From: Acanthaster planci
Taxonomy: Eukaryota
Length of the DNA: 64,000 nt
Direction: 5' to 3'
Assembly (NCBI RefSeq): GCF_001949145.1
Contig: NW_019091361.1
Location: 1,432,374-1,496,373, forward strand
The notes beneath the pieces are model-generated. The model ran no database searches, was not told the origin of the DNA, and saw nothing but the letters and a program-made list of their open reading frames with translations. Both the position numbers and the translations under genes were made by a program. This document shows positions 62,327-64,000 of the stretch, piece by piece; position 1 is the first letter of the stretch, and the number at the start of each line of letters is the position of its first letter.

Positions 62327-63833
62327 ACACCGCCAAGCTGCAGTGTCTTTTGGACGTCCCAAAGTGCGAGAGGACTTTTTAAGCAAATTTAGACGGTATC
62401 AAGTGTTAGTGTGGAAAGCTGGAGCATCAAAGAATTGTTTGCAGAACCAGTCTGGGAAATTATAGGTTTTCCTGTACAATTTCGGAAAATATGTAAATGA
62501 ATAGTAATAGCAGCATTCGTTTTCGAGCGAAATGGAACGAACATTCAAATCCCCGTTTCTATTTAACAAAAATTCTATTTCATTGAGGGTGCATTCAGTC
62601 GTTATTGCACTGGTTTAAAATGTTGACACTGATTTGTGCGCGAAATCGGATGTACCTCTGCAATCCCGCATTCATCTGAATTTGAACTCAATCTTTCACA
62701 GAATGTGCAGGTGATTTCCCGCGGAGTGTTATCTAAAGGTATGCCTGGTCAAGAATTGGAATTCGTTTGTGTGCTAACAAAAGTTATATTCTTAGAAGTG
62801 TTTAGTTGAATCGTTAAATGTTTGAATATTCATGACTGAAATAGACGGTTCGTGTTGTCTTTAAAAACATACCAGCTATTGTAATAATCCTATACAAAAA
62901 CCGACGCTTAGGCAACCTTTCCTTCTCAAGCTTCGTTTTTGCCACAATCAGAGTTCACACTTGGCCTTCTTGCAGTGGCTGAAGGGGAAGATAAAAACAA
63001 TTACAGGCTTTATTTGGTGTACAGTTTGATAACAAATACACTATAATCCTTCATGAGTAACATTACATTCATTATCAAAATGGTGTCATGATTTCTGTAA
63101 CCCTGTATATTTCTAATCAAATTGAATGCAAATTTTGTGAATTTGAATTACCGCAAATGAAAATGAATACTCAATACCGACGGTTTACGGTACAAGACAG
63201 ATTTTCAGTAAATAACATTGCACATTAGTTATAATTGGCAACGAATACGACAAATCGGAAGCCTCATCAGTTTTTTGTAACCTGTCAAATGAAACATAAT
63301 GCACATTCAATTATTTGAAGGATGCAAAACAAAGTCTATTACTCGTATCGTTAAAATGAAACCAGGTTTTATGTCGTTTTTCAAAATCCACGCCAAACTG
63401 AATTTTTATTTTACGAATTAAACAGCGCATTTTCCGAAGTTGTCCGGGAAAACCTACATTAAACGGAGACAAGTATACAGGCGCTTAACATAGAACCCCA
63501 AGAGTCCACCAAACAGATGCCTACCTCTCCATTATTACGTCATTACTCGCACCTGCCAATCAAACTGGCTGAGCTTCGAGCCTCATATTTGATAAGACTT
63601 CCAGATCAGAGCCATATCTGAAAATCACATGCTGACTTTTTAGTAGGTGATTCCTGGCTTAGTCAGAAGGTGGCCTGTCTATCAGTTCTTGTTTACCCAT
63701 TTTACGGGTATAATGTTTCAGCCACACCCTTGATCAGACAACAAATCAGACAAATGACAGTATGCACCTTCACCGTCCGGGGGCGGTGTTGAATTTGTGG
63801 GATCCTCTTAATAAAAAGGACTATGAACAACGC

Positions 63834-63990
63834 GGGCGTTTCACAGTAGTGAGCCTCCGAGAATTTGCAACGCGTTGGCCAATCACAACGCGCGAAATTT
63901 TTCGACCATTTCTAAACGCGCATTGGGGCGAGAGATTGTGATTGGCCAACACGTTGCAAACTCTTAGAGGCACAGTATTGTGAAACGCCT
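63834..63990. mobile_element. MITE with ~55-bp terminal inverted repeats
   Basis: gggcgtttcacagtagtgagcctccgagaatttgcaacgcgttggccaatcacaa (63834-63888) is the reverse complement of 63936-63990 with a few mismatches. Confidence 0.75.
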
Positions 63991-64000
63991 GTATTAGTGA

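Overview
Intron-rich animal genomic DNA. A marine invertebrate deuterostome such as an echinoderm is my inference from gene content and repeat families, not something I could confirm. I spliced the exons by hand, checking GT/AG sites and reading-frame phase. Seven protein-coding genes were found, in order: (1) DEG/ENaC channel subunit 1 (minus, 10 coding exons, ~912 aa); (2) a secreted collagen-C1q protein (minus); (3) DEG/ENaC subunit 2 (minus, 10 coding exons, ~789 aa); (4, 5) a tandem pair of unrecognised paralogous genes (minus) with matching exon structure but opposite-charge C-terminal regions; (6) an SLC22 organic cation transporter (minus, ~580 aa); (7) follistatin (plus, signal-peptide exon not located). 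SINE-like elements, MITEs and microsatellites sit in introns and spacers. The most notable observations follow. Both channels carry a 220-340 aa mucin-like insert in the finger domain, bounded by conserved Trp/acidic motifs and ended by paired furin sites. The orphan gene pair has weak perilipin/Jabba-like character. A GC-AG intron could switch the follistatin acidic tail. One follistatin domain has a shifted cysteine. One SLC22 intron is in frame and stop-free. No prokaryotic systems or CRISPR arrays are present.
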